Shown piece by piece: positions 47,822 to 57,953 of a DNA stretch of 59,004 nucleotides (position 1 is its first letter; every line of letters begins with the position of its first letter). Origin of the DNA: Candidatus Thorarchaeota archaeon (lineage in GTDB: Archaea > Asgardarchaeota > Thorarchaeia > Thorarchaeales > Thorarchaeaceae); assembly GCA_004524445.1 (NCBI GenBank), contig SDNP01000019.1, forward strand, positions 1 to 59,004, in the 5' to 3' direction. The translations under genes and the position numbers were made by a program. The notes beneath the pieces were generated by a model, which was not told the origin of the DNA, made no database searches, and saw only the letters and a program-made list of their open reading frames with translations.

Positions 47822-49228
47822 TTGGATTCCATGAAATCTAGAAGAGATCTGTTAGTGATTCTGGTCTTGATCCTAGTTGTTTCAGTGAGTGTGCTACTCA
47901 TTCTTCCCTTTCTACTGGAACCACCAGCAGATAATCGTCCCGAGCTGGTCGTTAGCTATCCGGTTAAGGACTCCACTGTGACAGGTATGGTTAACTTCAA
48001 TATCTCGATAATCGATGAAGAAGATCTGACTGCCAATATCTACATTGATGGTCAGTTCAGGACATCGTCAAATAATTATGAATGGAATACCGAAATGGAA
48101 TCCGATGGCCGCCACACCATTAGAATCTCCACTCAAGATAGTGCTGGGCAATCTGATAGCACACATTTCGAGGTAACCATTGATAATGTTGAGGAAGATG
48201 TATTCTTTGAGCCCTTGTTCAAAATCATGGTTTACAACATCAAAGAATCAGGTCTCAATGATGACTGGAAAGAAATCATCAAACAGGAAAATCCTGATGT
48301 TATCGTGCTAGTAGAAACCGGATATTTTGATAACACATCAAATGAAACTCTAAATGCTGCGACTGCCGAGCTTAATGAATTCTTCGCAGATGAAGTACCG
48401 TATGATTCTTACACAACACAACAGGTCCAATATTCGACAACCGGTGAAGCAATCCTAAGTCGATTCCCTGTCCTCAGTTTTACACAGATAGACACAGTTC
48501 CATTGGATGATGAATCCAATTACTACGTCACACATGACTTCATCGATGCAGTAATTGACATCAATGGAGCGGAGGTACATGTATTTGGTGCACACCTCAA
48601 GGCTTCAGGAGGAGAAACGAACCAGGGACGAAGGGAAGTTGAAACTGAGGGGATTATCAACTATATGGACAATCTTGGTGATGTTCCCATTTTGTATCTA
48701 GGGGATCAGAATTCATTCTCACCAGATGACGTGGGGGATTTAGCACCTCAAACAACAATGACTTTGGGATATGGCCCGATGACAATGCTGCTCTATCCAA
48801 ACCATACCACGTATGGTCAGTATTCATCTGAAGTCCATAATTATACTGACGTCTATCGCGAGTTGAATCCTGATGACCCGGGATTTACTTTTGGCGGGCA
48901 AGACGGAGAGGCTTTCATGAGGATTGATTATATCATCGCGAACACATTTTTTGATGGTGCCTTTATCAATTCGTCAGTTGTTGATGGTACACCTGCTGAC
49001 TCCGCTTCAGACCATTATGCTGTGGCGGCTTGGGTGAATTGGACAGTGCTCTATGAACCCACTCAATCTCAGCGGCTATCAGCAGATTCAGCTACAAAAG
49101 TAAGTGAGGTATTGCCAGTTCGTATTGAGAATCCAGATCAAATCGTGGAATTGATTGCAATATTACCCCTTGAAAAAATTGAGGAACGATGTTGGGCATT
49201 ATTGCTGGATACGACAAATATCGCTTAG
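47822..49228 (+). CDS. membrane-anchored endonuclease/exonuclease/phosphatase (EEP) protein with Ig-like domain
   Basis: N-terminal TM, Ig-like segment (W.T....DG.H.I), YNI, PDVIVLVE, ILSRFP, HLK, GDQNS, RIDYI, SDH. Confidence 0.88.
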   Translation: MDSMKSRRDLLVILVLILVVSVSVLLILPFLLEPPADNRPELVVSYPVKDSTVTGMVNFNISIIDEEDLTANIYIDGQFRTSSNNYEWNTEMESDGRHTIRISTQDSAGQSDSTHFEVTIDNVEEDVFFEPLFKIMVYNIKESGLNDDWKEIIKQENPDVIVLVETGYFDNTSNETLNAATAELNEFFADEVPYDSYTTQQVQYSTTGEAILSRFPVLSFTQIDTVPLDDESNYYVTHDFIDAVIDINGAEVHVFGAHLKASGGETNQGRREVETEGIINYMDNLGDVPILYLGDQNSFSPDDVGDLAPQTTMTLGYGPMTMLLYPNHTTYGQYSSEVHNYTDVYRELNPDDPGFTFGGQDGEAFMRIDYIIANTFFDGAFINSSVVDGTPADSASDHYAVAAWVNWTVLYEPTQSQRLSADSATKVSEVLPVRIENPDQIVELIAILPLEKIEERCWALLLDTTNIA

Positions 49229-49275
49229 AAAGGTCATAATAGCGAATACTTTTCTATGGGGGGTGTATGTAATAA

Positions 49276-50499
49276 TTGAAGGAATATGAGATGAGAAGAC
49301 GCTGGAGAATAGCCACAGAAGAAGAGATTCTCAGAGGAAAGACCACAGATGTATACTTTGATCGAACCGTTGAGGTCTTGAGAGCTACCGATGTTAATCC
49401 TAGAGTATATGCTGAGGTTACGGTTTCTGAAATGCCTCAAAACCTACCTTGGGGGATTGCAGCAGGGTATGATGATGTTTTGCAGTTATTCAAGGGAACA
49501 AAAGTCGACATATATGGATTGAAAGAAGGAACATTGTTCCATCCGCGAAATCCATCCGGCGTGAGAACTCCCGTTTTACAGATTGATGGGAACTACGCTA
49601 ACTTCGCCCAACTAGAAACACCGCTCCTCGGTTTCCTTTGCTATACATCAGGAATGGCAAGCAAAACAGCTCATCTGAGACGGGCAGCAGGCGACAAAAC
49701 TATACTCTCCTTCGGTGCTCGAAGAACACATCCGGCTGTCACGCCTACCGTCGAGTATGCCGCATATATTGGAGGATGCGACGGAGTATCATGCGTTCTT
49801 GGAGCCGATTTAATTGGCATAGAAGCTCAAGGTACTATGCCCCATTCACTCATAATCTCATTCCAAGACCACCTGAAGGCCTGGAAAGCGTTTTCGAAAT
49901 ATCTAGATGAGGATGTTGCTCGAATAGCTCTCACGGATACATATCTTGATGAGGTATTCGAATCAATCATGGCTTCTTCAGAGATGCCAGGCATAACTGG
50001 TGTTCGTCTTGACACGCCAAGTAGTCGTCGGGGCGATTTCAAGGAGCTAATACAGGAAGTAAGATGGGAACTTGACGTTAGAGGATACGAAGATGTGAAG
50101 ATTTTTGTAAGCGGCGGCATTGATATTGAAGAGTTGGAGAATCTCAAGGATGCACCTGTTTCTGGCTATGGCATTGGTGGTGCTATAAGCAACGCTCCAG
50201 CCGTTGACTTTGCAATGGACATCGTTTCCATAATGGATAAGGATTCTTGGAAACCCTGTGCCAAACGAGGGAAATTTTCAGGCAGAAAAACCGTGTGGAA
50301 ATGCAAGAAGTGCATAGCAACGGATGTTACGCCATGGGAGGCTTCTGCTCCAAAGTGTCATTCCTGTGGTACTAAAATGGAAAAGGCGACAATGAAGCTA
50401 TTAGATAGCGAAGAAGGCGAGATCCTACAGGATCCAGTGCCGCCATCCGAAACTAGAAATTATGTAATCGACCAATTAAGCATAATAGGTGAACAATAG
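49276..50499 (+). CDS. pncB: nicotinate phosphoribosyltransferase
   Basis: TTDVYF, SFGARRTHP, GTMPHS, DTY, GVRLDTPSSRRG, VSGG, KRGK; C-terminal CxxC/CxxC. Confidence 0.93.
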   Translation: MKEYEMRRRWRIATEEEILRGKTTDVYFDRTVEVLRATDVNPRVYAEVTVSEMPQNLPWGIAAGYDDVLQLFKGTKVDIYGLKEGTLFHPRNPSGVRTPVLQIDGNYANFAQLETPLLGFLCYTSGMASKTAHLRRAAGDKTILSFGARRTHPAVTPTVEYAAYIGGCDGVSCVLGADLIGIEAQGTMPHSLIISFQDHLKAWKAFSKYLDEDVARIALTDTYLDEVFESIMASSEMPGITGVRLDTPSSRRGDFKELIQEVRWELDVRGYEDVKIFVSGGIDIEELENLKDAPVSGYGIGGAISNAPAVDFAMDIVSIMDKDSWKPCAKRGKFSGRKTVWKCKKCIATDVTPWEASAPKCHSCGTKMEKATMKLLDSEEGEILQDPVPPSETRNYVIDQLSIIGEQ

Positions 50500-51062
50500 T
50501 GAAGAAATTGGACCCTGATAAGACAGCAATCATCGTCACTGATATGCTAAACGACTTTGTTGAGCAAGATGCCCCCCTTCCCGTTCCTGGAGCAAAGGAC
50601 CTGATTCCTCAACAGAAAAAAGTCTTGCAGGCTGCAAGAAACGCCGGTGCGATGGTAGTCTATATCGCAGACCATCATATGCCCGACGACCCAGAATTCG
50701 ATATGTGGCCGGCACATGCAGTTTATGGAACAAGGGGAGCCGAGGTTATTGATGAGTTATCTCCAAGAAAGAATGAACGAGTCATCCCGAAGAGGAGATA
50801 TTCAGGCTTTTTTGGAACTGACTTGGATTTGACCCTGAGGGAGCACGATATAGAAACCGTAGTCATCATGGGGGTCCTGACGGATATTTGTGTCAATTAT
50901 ACATCGGCTGGAGCGTCCATGAGGGACTATGAAGTATATGTTATCGAAGACGGAGTTTCAAGTGATAGCGATGAAGCTCATGAATTTGCACTGAAGCATA
51001 TGCAGAAAGTCCATGGAACCACTGTAGTCAAGTCTGATGAATTCGTTCAGGCATTTCAGTAG
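50499..51062 (+). CDS. pncA: isochorismatase-family cysteine hydrolase, probable nicotinamidase
   Basis: DMLNDF, D.H...D.EF..WP.H, KRRYSGF, GVLTDICV; overlaps the pncB stop. Confidence 0.8.
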   Translation: MKKLDPDKTAIIVTDMLNDFVEQDAPLPVPGAKDLIPQQKKVLQAARNAGAMVVYIADHHMPDDPEFDMWPAHAVYGTRGAEVIDELSPRKNERVIPKRRYSGFFGTDLDLTLREHDIETVVIMGVLTDICVNYTSAGASMRDYEVYVIEDGVSSDSDEAHEFALKHMQKVHGTTVVKSDEFVQAFQ

Positions 51063-51130
51063 ATTCACTATCGTTCTTCATTTTTGCCAATAGACAACTA
51101 AAAAAAAAAACAATGCATTGAGGGTTTGAG

Positions 51131-51700
51131 ATGGCGGAGAGAATATGGACTGGAAAAGGAGACGACGGAACAACTGGACTATTCACTGGAGAGAGAGTGA
51201 AAAAGCATTCCACTAGAGTGGAAGCATATGGTACTGTAGACGAACTCATTTCCTCCTTGGGTATCGCCAAGACACATAATGACAAAACAATTACAGAGGA
51301 GCTAGAGAAAATACAGCAGGTGCTTTTTCGAATCGCGGCCGAACTTGCATCCGGTAATGAGAATGGATTCAATACCGAGCTGGGAATTCATCCTGTGTCT
51401 TCTGAAGAAGTAGAGTATCTCGAGCAGATATCAGATAACCTATGGCAGCAGATGCCACCATTATCCAATTTTTTAATTCCAGGCGAAAGCGAAGCGGATG
51501 CCTTTCTTCACCACGCGAGAACCATTTGTAGGAGGGCTGAGCGCAGAATTATTGCACTATCTGAAGAAGCGGATCTGAACCCGGTGATTGTCCGGTATAT
51601 CAACCGATTATCAGATTTCATCTTTACGCTGGCTAGGTGGGCGAATTTTGAGAAAGGTACATCCGATAGGAAAATCTCCCGCGACGGAATCCACCAATAG
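51131..51700 (+). CDS. pduO: ATP:cob(I)alamin adenosyltransferase, PduO type
   Basis: IWTGKGDDGTT, EAYGTVDEL, FLIPG, RTICRRAER, YINRLSD. Confidence 0.93.
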   Translation: MAERIWTGKGDDGTTGLFTGERVKKHSTRVEAYGTVDELISSLGIAKTHNDKTITEELEKIQQVLFRIAAELASGNENGFNTELGIHPVSSEEVEYLEQISDNLWQQMPPLSNFLIPGESEADAFLHHARTICRRAERRIIALSEEADLNPVIVRYINRLSDFIFTLARWANFEKGTSDRKISRDGIHQ

Positions 51701-51722
51701 GACAGGAAGAAAAACACACCTG

Positions 51723-52376
51723 CTACTTCGGCTTCTCTGCTATAACCCAAACGAATCCCCGAAGGTCATTAGGCTTTAGCAGATTCACATCTGAGCCTAT
51801 GAGATGGAGTGTCCATCCATCTAATTCCTCTTCTAGTTCATCCTGGGTAACAAATCGAATGGGAGGGTCTGTTTCAAAATGAGGGGGAATATTGCCAGCA
51901 TAGACAAAGAACCCTCCAGGTTTGACTGCTTTCAGCAGTTCACGCAGTTTGGAAATGGCATCATCAAACAAGTATTGTAGTATCTGAATGGCTGAAACAA
52001 TATCATACGACTCAGGAGGTACTTCGTATTCAGCAATGTTTGCTACCTCAAATGTAGTCCGATTTTCAACACCAACAACTTCTGCTCTCTTGCGAGCAAC
52101 CTCGATGGCTTCAGGCAATGCATCAATTCCAAGAACTTGAAATCCAAGTCGTGCCAAATAGCAGGTAGATGTCCCGCCACCACATCCAAAATCAACAGCT
52201 TTCAGTCGTTCGGGTTCAATCTCACGCATGTACAGGGCATGCTTCAAACGTCTAATGGGACGGGGCACATCCAGTACCGACAGGTCTTCATCAGACTGAT
52301 TGAACATTTCCCGGTATATTTTTCCCCATGCGTTCATCCAGCCATCAGGTGCAGGAACTCTGTCATGATTTGTCAT
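51723..52376 (-). CDS. class I SAM-dependent methyltransferase
   Basis: VDFGCGGG, GIDA, YDIV, VKPGG. Confidence 0.88.
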   Translation of the reverse strand: MTNHDRVPAPDGWMNAWGKIYREMFNQSDEDLSVLDVPRPIRRLKHALYMREIEPERLKAVDFGCGGGTSTCYLARLGFQVLGIDALPEAIEVARKRAEVVGVENRTTFEVANIAEYEVPPESYDIVSAIQILQYLFDDAISKLRELLKAVKPGGFFVYAGNIPPHFETDPPIRFVTQDELEEELDGWTLHLIGSDVNLLKPNDLRGFVWVIAEKPK

Positions 52377-52516
52377 AGTTTTTCACTACCTCGGCCAATA
52401 GTCATGGAATTGGGGATGCTCGCCTTTGTGGTATGCACATTTCTTCTTGTCATATTACTGTTGAGGTGAAATTCAGATGCTATGGTGCCATCATCAAAGC
52501 TCCCTCACTTAAACAA

Positions 52517-53092
52517 TTATTCAGAAAACCGGTTTCTAAGCCATAGCAAAGAAAAATAGAAAACGATGGGAGCAATTGTCCAAATGAGTTGCGGAATGAG
52601 TGTATAACCTACTTCACTAGCGCCCCCAGGCAATGGAGGGATAATGACAGGATTCCATGGCAAGGGTACATAGAACCAGACACGGCCAACAAATAGATAT
52701 TCTACTAGAAAACCTTGAAAAAAACCCCAGATTTCCATGGTAGATAGCTCTCTGAAGTCGAATTGTGTAAACAATGGACGATTGGATAGGAGTTTTCTAC
52801 AAAGCCATACACCGACCATGAATATTCCACCATCCCAAATGGAATGACTAAGCTTCTTTGGCCATCCGCTAAGACCCCACGGCCATGGGTTTACTGAGTA
52901 AGCGAAGTCAGGCCCCAACACCATGAAAGTAAATTCCCATGTAGCACCAATCAGACAGCCAACCAGAAAAGCATAGAACAGGGTCTTGCCAATCCGACTA
53001 GACTTGTAGAGGTATACAAAGAGAAGAACCAAGAAGACTGAAACAGCGAAGTCACCTATCAAGAAAACCCAATCAATGGATGCAAGCTGCAT
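52517..53092 (-). CDS. hypothetical integral membrane protein
   Basis: About five TM segments with conserved-looking WE, H..WDGG, VE, W.Y...PWNP residues. Confidence 0.7.
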   Translation of the reverse strand: MQLASIDWVFLIGDFAVSVFLVLLFVYLYKSSRIGKTLFYAFLVGCLIGATWEFTFMVLGPDFAYSVNPWPWGLSGWPKKLSHSIWDGGIFMVGVWLCRKLLSNRPLFTQFDFRELSTMEIWGFFQGFLVEYLFVGRVWFYVPLPWNPVIIPPLPGGASEVGYTLIPQLIWTIAPIVFYFSLLWLRNRFSE

Positions 53093-53166
53093 GACTAACG
53101 GGCATTGTATCTAAGCAATAAGAATTTTGCATGAAACCCTGAATCCAAATTTCTGATTTGTTGCTT

Positions 53167-53994
53167 CTATTTAATTAACAGGGAAACGAAATTGGCTAGA
53201 TCTGAGGCAGTCCGTTCCGGTTCCTGGAAGTAGAACAGGTGGCTTGCATCATCGTAGACCAGCAAGCGTGCATCAGGAAGAGCTGCAGCAAGTGCTTCCT
53301 GGTCCTGCCTCGATAAGACTGAATCTCTGTCGCCCCAAATAACTAGGGACGGAGCTGTAATCTCTCCGAGCCTATCGAAGCTGTCATCATTCATGAAGCC
53401 TATCATTGTGTCTTTCCATACTCGCGCAGGGACATGAAGACTAGTCTGAATCATATCCTTGACATACCCTTTTGTTGCAGTATCATTGACAACACCCTCT
53501 ATGAATTCTCGTACAAAACTAGGATCAACAGGGTCCGTCAGTTTTGAAATTGTTTCATCCCAGATTTCCCTAATCTCTTTGTTGTCCTTCAATGAAGATG
53601 GAGAACCAAGAAAGACAAGACCAAGAATGCGTTTCGGATTCCCAATAGCAACTCGACGAGCCACAAGACCTCCACTTGAGCCACCAACTAACACTGCTCG
53701 TTCAATGCTCATTTCATCCATAAATTTCAGCACATCACCTGCAAAATCCTGAAGAGTATATCCCACCGGAGGACGACTGGCATTGCCGTGCCCTCTCAAA
53801 GTTATAGCAAAGGCATGGATTGATTCTGGGAGATGACGAAGCAGGGGCTTGAAGACGTGCCAAGAGCCTGTATATCCATGGATAAGGAGTAAGGGGACTC
53901 CATCACTGCTGCCCATTTCAACAAATGGCATGATTATTCCGTTTTGAAGCTCAACGTGATGAGTATCATTTTTCATATTATCCGCCTTCCTCAA
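53167..53994 (-). CDS. alpha/beta hydrolase
   Basis: IHGY, RGHG, GGSSGG elbow, WGDRD, ASH. Confidence 0.9.
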   Translation of the reverse strand: MRKADNMKNDTHHVELQNGIIMPFVEMGSSDGVPLLLIHGYTGSWHVFKPLLRHLPESIHAFAITLRGHGNASRPPVGYTLQDFAGDVLKFMDEMSIERAVLVGGSSGGLVARRVAIGNPKRILGLVFLGSPSSLKDNKEIREIWDETISKLTDPVDPSFVREFIEGVVNDTATKGYVKDMIQTSLHVPARVWKDTMIGFMNDDSFDRLGEITAPSLVIWGDRDSVLSRQDQEALAAALPDARLLVYDDASHLFYFQEPERTASDLANFVSLLIK

Positions 53995-54193
53995 TAATCT
54001 AAGAAGTTCCGTGATTTCTCATAGTACCCTAAGTGCTTTGTTAATAACTATAGTTAAATATTAGACTTCGGGTAACGGATATCTAGCTAAGACTTGTTTC
54101 AATTGCGTTCAGATTACGGATATTGATGGAGGTGGCAATTCGATGTTTCGGTAGATTTATGTCCGTGCTAGACTTCGGAATCGCGATTGAGAA

Positions 54194-54625
54194 ATGACTG
54201 ACATAAAGGACAAACTTGTTCGAATGATAAAGAATCAGGACATAAGCTCAATCGAGCTGATGGCAAACTCACTCGGAATTCCAGAAGCGCAGGTTCAAGA
54301 TTTGCTTATTGAATTGACCGAAGAAAAAAGGCTGAATGGATACCTCACTCCAGATGGTAGACGCTACTTCAGTAGAGATGTAAAACCCTCTCAAAAACCC
54401 GCAGTGCATAAAGAGGGAAAACAACCAAGGTTCCTGGAATATGACACAAGGCCGGGTAGAATTGTGGCAGTTATTGGCCTGATTTTAGTAGCCGCAGCAA
54501 TAGTCTTCCTCTTTCAGGCGGGCGGTGATCTTGTCCGAGAGAATTTCGGTACTGCCCTTCTCCTTATTGGTCTATTAATAATGATGGGAGGGTGCTATCA
54601 GATTGGGAGACGTCCCACACCCTAG
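54194..54625 (+). CDS. winged-helix (PCI-like) domain protein with two C-terminal TM helices
   Basis: ISSIELMANSLGIPEAQVQDLLIELTEEKRLNGYLTPDG, then two hydrophobic helices. Confidence 0.7.
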   Translation: MTDIKDKLVRMIKNQDISSIELMANSLGIPEAQVQDLLIELTEEKRLNGYLTPDGRRYFSRDVKPSQKPAVHKEGKQPRFLEYDTRPGRIVAVIGLILVAAAIVFLFQAGGDLVRENFGTALLLIGLLIMMGGCYQIGRRPTP

Positions 54626-54706
54626 AGAACAGGAATACTACTTTATGTGACAATGGAGATTCTTAAGTAGGGGGTCTAGCCGCTTCAATCAAGGACGGAA
54701 TCAATA

Positions 54707-55669
54707 TTGCAGGGAATCCTTGTTGAAATCCTATTGATAGCTTCATTTGCAGTGGCGGTTGGCACCATTTCTTCTATGGTTGGAATAGGAGGAGGAATCA
54801 TCAATACGCCCTTATTGATCATAATCTTTTTACTGGATGCACAGAAGGCGCCTGCCACCGCGTTAGTTGCCGCTCTATTTGTTGCTATGGCTAGTAGCGT
54901 TGCGTACTATAGACAGAAGCCGCGTCCGACCATTTTCAAAGCTGGGCTATTCCTGGCAATCACAACAATACCGGGCTCCTTAGTTGGTGTGGCTCTGAGA
55001 GAGTTGATTACAAGCGATTATGTCTTACGAGTGATCTTCGGAGTTTCATTATTTCCTGTAGCATTGAAGATGCTGTTCGCTAGAAAGAAGAAAGGGGTAA
55101 GGGAGGAATTGGCGTTGTTTGATTTCTCCGATGTGTCAAAAAACCGCCTAGCTCTTTCTCTTGTCGGAGGATTTGTTGGAGGGATAGCAGCAGGTATGTT
55201 GGGTATCGGTGGAGGAGCGGTTGTTGTTCCCGTTTTGACTATCCTCATGGGACTGCCTATCCATGCAGCAGTCGCCACATCAATGTTTACAATGATTTTT
55301 ACTGCAACAGCCGGCACTGCGAGGAATTTTGTTGGAGGTCATGTTGACCCATTCTATGGTATTGCCTTAGGAATTGGAATGGTTGTAGGCGCACAAATAG
55401 GACCCAAGATTGCCTGTAGAATAAACGCGGCTCAATTGAAACAAGCTTTTGGATTGGTATTGGTATTTCCTCTCATCAAGATGATGAAACTGGGCCAGAT
55501 GTGGCTTGACCCTCAGAATCAGAGCTTCACTGTAGCCACTATTGGTGATATCATAATATGGCTCGGAATCATAATTCCTATTGCTGTAATTCGTATCTGG
55601 TTGGCACGAAAGGACATAGCCCCACTCCCTGAAACGGAGGAACCGTGTGATATACCGCTCGGTCCATAG
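54707..55669 (+). CDS. TauE/SafE (TSUP) family transporter
   Basis: GIGGGII..P and GMLGIGGG..VP repeats, AVATS, GAQIG. Confidence 0.9.
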   Translation: MQGILVEILLIASFAVAVGTISSMVGIGGGIINTPLLIIIFLLDAQKAPATALVAALFVAMASSVAYYRQKPRPTIFKAGLFLAITTIPGSLVGVALRELITSDYVLRVIFGVSLFPVALKMLFARKKKGVREELALFDFSDVSKNRLALSLVGGFVGGIAAGMLGIGGGAVVVPVLTILMGLPIHAAVATSMFTMIFTATAGTARNFVGGHVDPFYGIALGIGMVVGAQIGPKIACRINAAQLKQAFGLVLVFPLIKMMKLGQMWLDPQNQSFTVATIGDIIIWLGIIIPIAVIRIWLARKDIAPLPETEEPCDIPLGP

Positions 55670-55743
55670 ATGCGTACCCTGAAACTGAGGATCCCCGCGG
55701 TCATTTGCAGAATTGGTTCTATGAAACGTCAGCGGATAATGAA

Positions 55744-57192
55744 TTAGACCGCTACAATAGACCCTCTCAAGTTTGCTGTAATTTGGTCACTACCACTGAC
55801 ATACTGTCGAAGAGCCTCAATAGCAGATACATCTAGGTGTTCTCGGTCAGTACCGTACTTCTCAGGAATTCCCTGTGTTGTAACAAAGCAAGCATTGTAC
55901 TTCTTAGAGCGTTCGAGTTTCTTTCCACCTACATAGAAGTCCTCAATTCTACGCCCGTTAGGATTCTCAATTTTGAAATAAATATTGAGACCCAAACACC
56001 TCTTCACATACCCACCCATCTGACCAAAGGGATCACGAGAGAAGGTCGCTTCTAGATTCTCTTCCATCATTTGAAAGAGCTCTCCGCCACTAATGGTGCA
56101 GACAGACACAGGAGGATTGGTTGGGATAATATTCCATAAATCCTCTACCTTCACAAAGCCCCTGCGCACCGGAGCACCATACCGCCAACCATTCGAAAAT
56201 GCCAGTTCAGCCCCGCTTGCATGGATGAGCCCTTGAAGTAGAAAGTTGTCCATTGTACTTTCCAAAACCCCGTTTCTTGCCAAGGGGGTATTTGTTTCAC
56301 CAACGACCTCACCAAGCAGATCCTTATGAGGAGCCATAACTTTGTCCACTTCTTCTTTTACAATCTGGTCCTCAGCTATCGTATCATCGATTTCAATTAG
56401 CTCATGAGAAAAATTCCGAATCTGCCTATTTCCAACTCTCACGTCTAAACGACCAATGTAGCTACCTTGATACCCAGATTGGATTAGGATGGTATCATTC
56501 ACTATAACAGGCCTTTGGATTCGATTATGAGTATGTCCACTGAGAATAATATCAATGCCATCAATATTCTCTGCAATATAATTGGCGTGAGGAAATCCCA
56601 GATGGGATAAAACCACAACTAGGTCAACTCGTTCCTCTGACCTCAGATTCTGAATATGGACAGGAAGCTCCTCAAGTCCTGTTGTGAGGTCAACTCCCTT
56701 ACTGAAGGATTCAGGCATGGTAATGTCAACGATTCGGTTAGCGATTCCGATTACCCCTATTTTCAGACGGTTTAGTTCAAAAACATGATAGGGAGAATAA
56801 CTCAGGTTTTCAGTATCTTTGTCATAAGCATTACAGGCAATAAGCGGAAAATTGAGAGAGCCCGCTATTTTCTTTAGTTGATCGGGACCATATCCAAACT
56901 CCCAATGCAGAGTCATAGCATCAATCGTCATTTCATTCAAAATAGGGACAAGCGCTTCCCCCTGGCTTTGGACCGCTGGATATGTTCCATGAATTGTATC
57001 ACCGTTATCCAGAAACAACACATTTCCCGCTTTTTCATCTCGAATACTCTTCACGAGGCTTCCAATCCGAGCATAACCTCCAGCTTCTCGAATTACCATT
57101 TCCGCCCCTTCAAAGAAGAACTCAGAATGCGGTTCAATGTATGCGTGACTGTCATTCATTTGAAGGATTGTCAATTCGTCTGCGCTATTCAT
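55744..57192 (-). CDS. 5'-nucleotidase-family metallohydrolase, SoxB-like, no signal peptide
   Basis: NDSHA, DNGDT, TLHWEF, LSHLG, SGHTH, FSNGWRYG, DPFGQMGG. Confidence 0.85.
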   Translation of the reverse strand: MNSADELTILQMNDSHAYIEPHSEFFFEGAEMVIREAGGYARIGSLVKSIRDEKAGNVLFLDNGDTIHGTYPAVQSQGEALVPILNEMTIDAMTLHWEFGYGPDQLKKIAGSLNFPLIACNAYDKDTENLSYSPYHVFELNRLKIGVIGIANRIVDITMPESFSKGVDLTTGLEELPVHIQNLRSEERVDLVVVLSHLGFPHANYIAENIDGIDIILSGHTHNRIQRPVIVNDTILIQSGYQGSYIGRLDVRVGNRQIRNFSHELIEIDDTIAEDQIVKEEVDKVMAPHKDLLGEVVGETNTPLARNGVLESTMDNFLLQGLIHASGAELAFSNGWRYGAPVRRGFVKVEDLWNIIPTNPPVSVCTISGGELFQMMEENLEATFSRDPFGQMGGYVKRCLGLNIYFKIENPNGRRIEDFYVGGKKLERSKKYNACFVTTQGIPEKYGTDREHLDVSAIEALRQYVSGSDQITANLRGSIVAV

Positions 57193-57389
57193 CGGAATAC
57201 ACGTCTCAGAGTAATAAGAAGGAACTTTGCTATAATGGTTGAGGTTTCAATTTTCCATATTTTGATCATCGGAGCCTCACTTTAGCCCAACCACTATTGC
57301 CAGAAGCGACAATGGAGGTTAGAGCTAACAATGAAATAGCTTTGTCCAGAGATACAAGTGTGGTTATTATCATGATAAATAAGGAGAAA

Positions 57390-57842
57390 ATGGCTGCTAA
57401 TGAGTTTCATGAGAGAATCGCAATTAAAACAAATAATGCAATCTGGCCGATACTTGACAAGGAGAACCCGGAACAAGAAGATCTGGATGATGCTCTGCAA
57501 ATGGCATTCACATCGAGATATCACTGGGGAATTGTTGGAGAGCCCATTAATCTAGCAAGAGCTGACTATATGATTTCACGAGTATACAGTGCCATGAAGA
57601 GACCTGAACTAGCGCTCCACCACGCCCAACGGTGCGTTGAAATCACTAAGGAAACAGGTATAGGTGACTGGGACCTTGCTTTCGCTTACGAAGCAATCAC
57701 GCGCGCATATGCGTCAGCAGGCAACGAAGAAGAGTTTGAGAAATACAGCAAACTAACTAAAGAGGCCATCAATGACATTGCAGACGAAAAAGACAAATCA
57801 ATCGTTGAGGGCGAGCTCAATAAAATAATATTCCCGCCATAA
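57390..57842 (+). CDS. conserved hypothetical all-helical (TPR-like) protein
   Basis: NNAIW.IL, SRYHW..VG...N.AR..Y..SRVY, DWDLAFAYEA..RA; ATG 57390 follows AAGGAG (track start 57297). Confidence 0.7.
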   Translation: MAANEFHERIAIKTNNAIWPILDKENPEQEDLDDALQMAFTSRYHWGIVGEPINLARADYMISRVYSAMKRPELALHHAQRCVEITKETGIGDWDLAFAYEAITRAYASAGNEEEFEKYSKLTKEAINDIADEKDKSIVEGELNKIIFPP

Positions 57843-57953
57843 TTGGCTTGAAAGCAGGAGGCTGTGGCAAATATCGATTCCTAAAACCAATGATTGGTTC
57901 CGTATTAGTGATGCATAGCAGATACGATACGCAACCCATTCACCTCAGCTTCA

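Noticed and set aside
51100-51110. A11 homopolymer
   Set aside because: Intergenic, disrupts no frame, and in the wrong orientation to terminate the plus-strand genes
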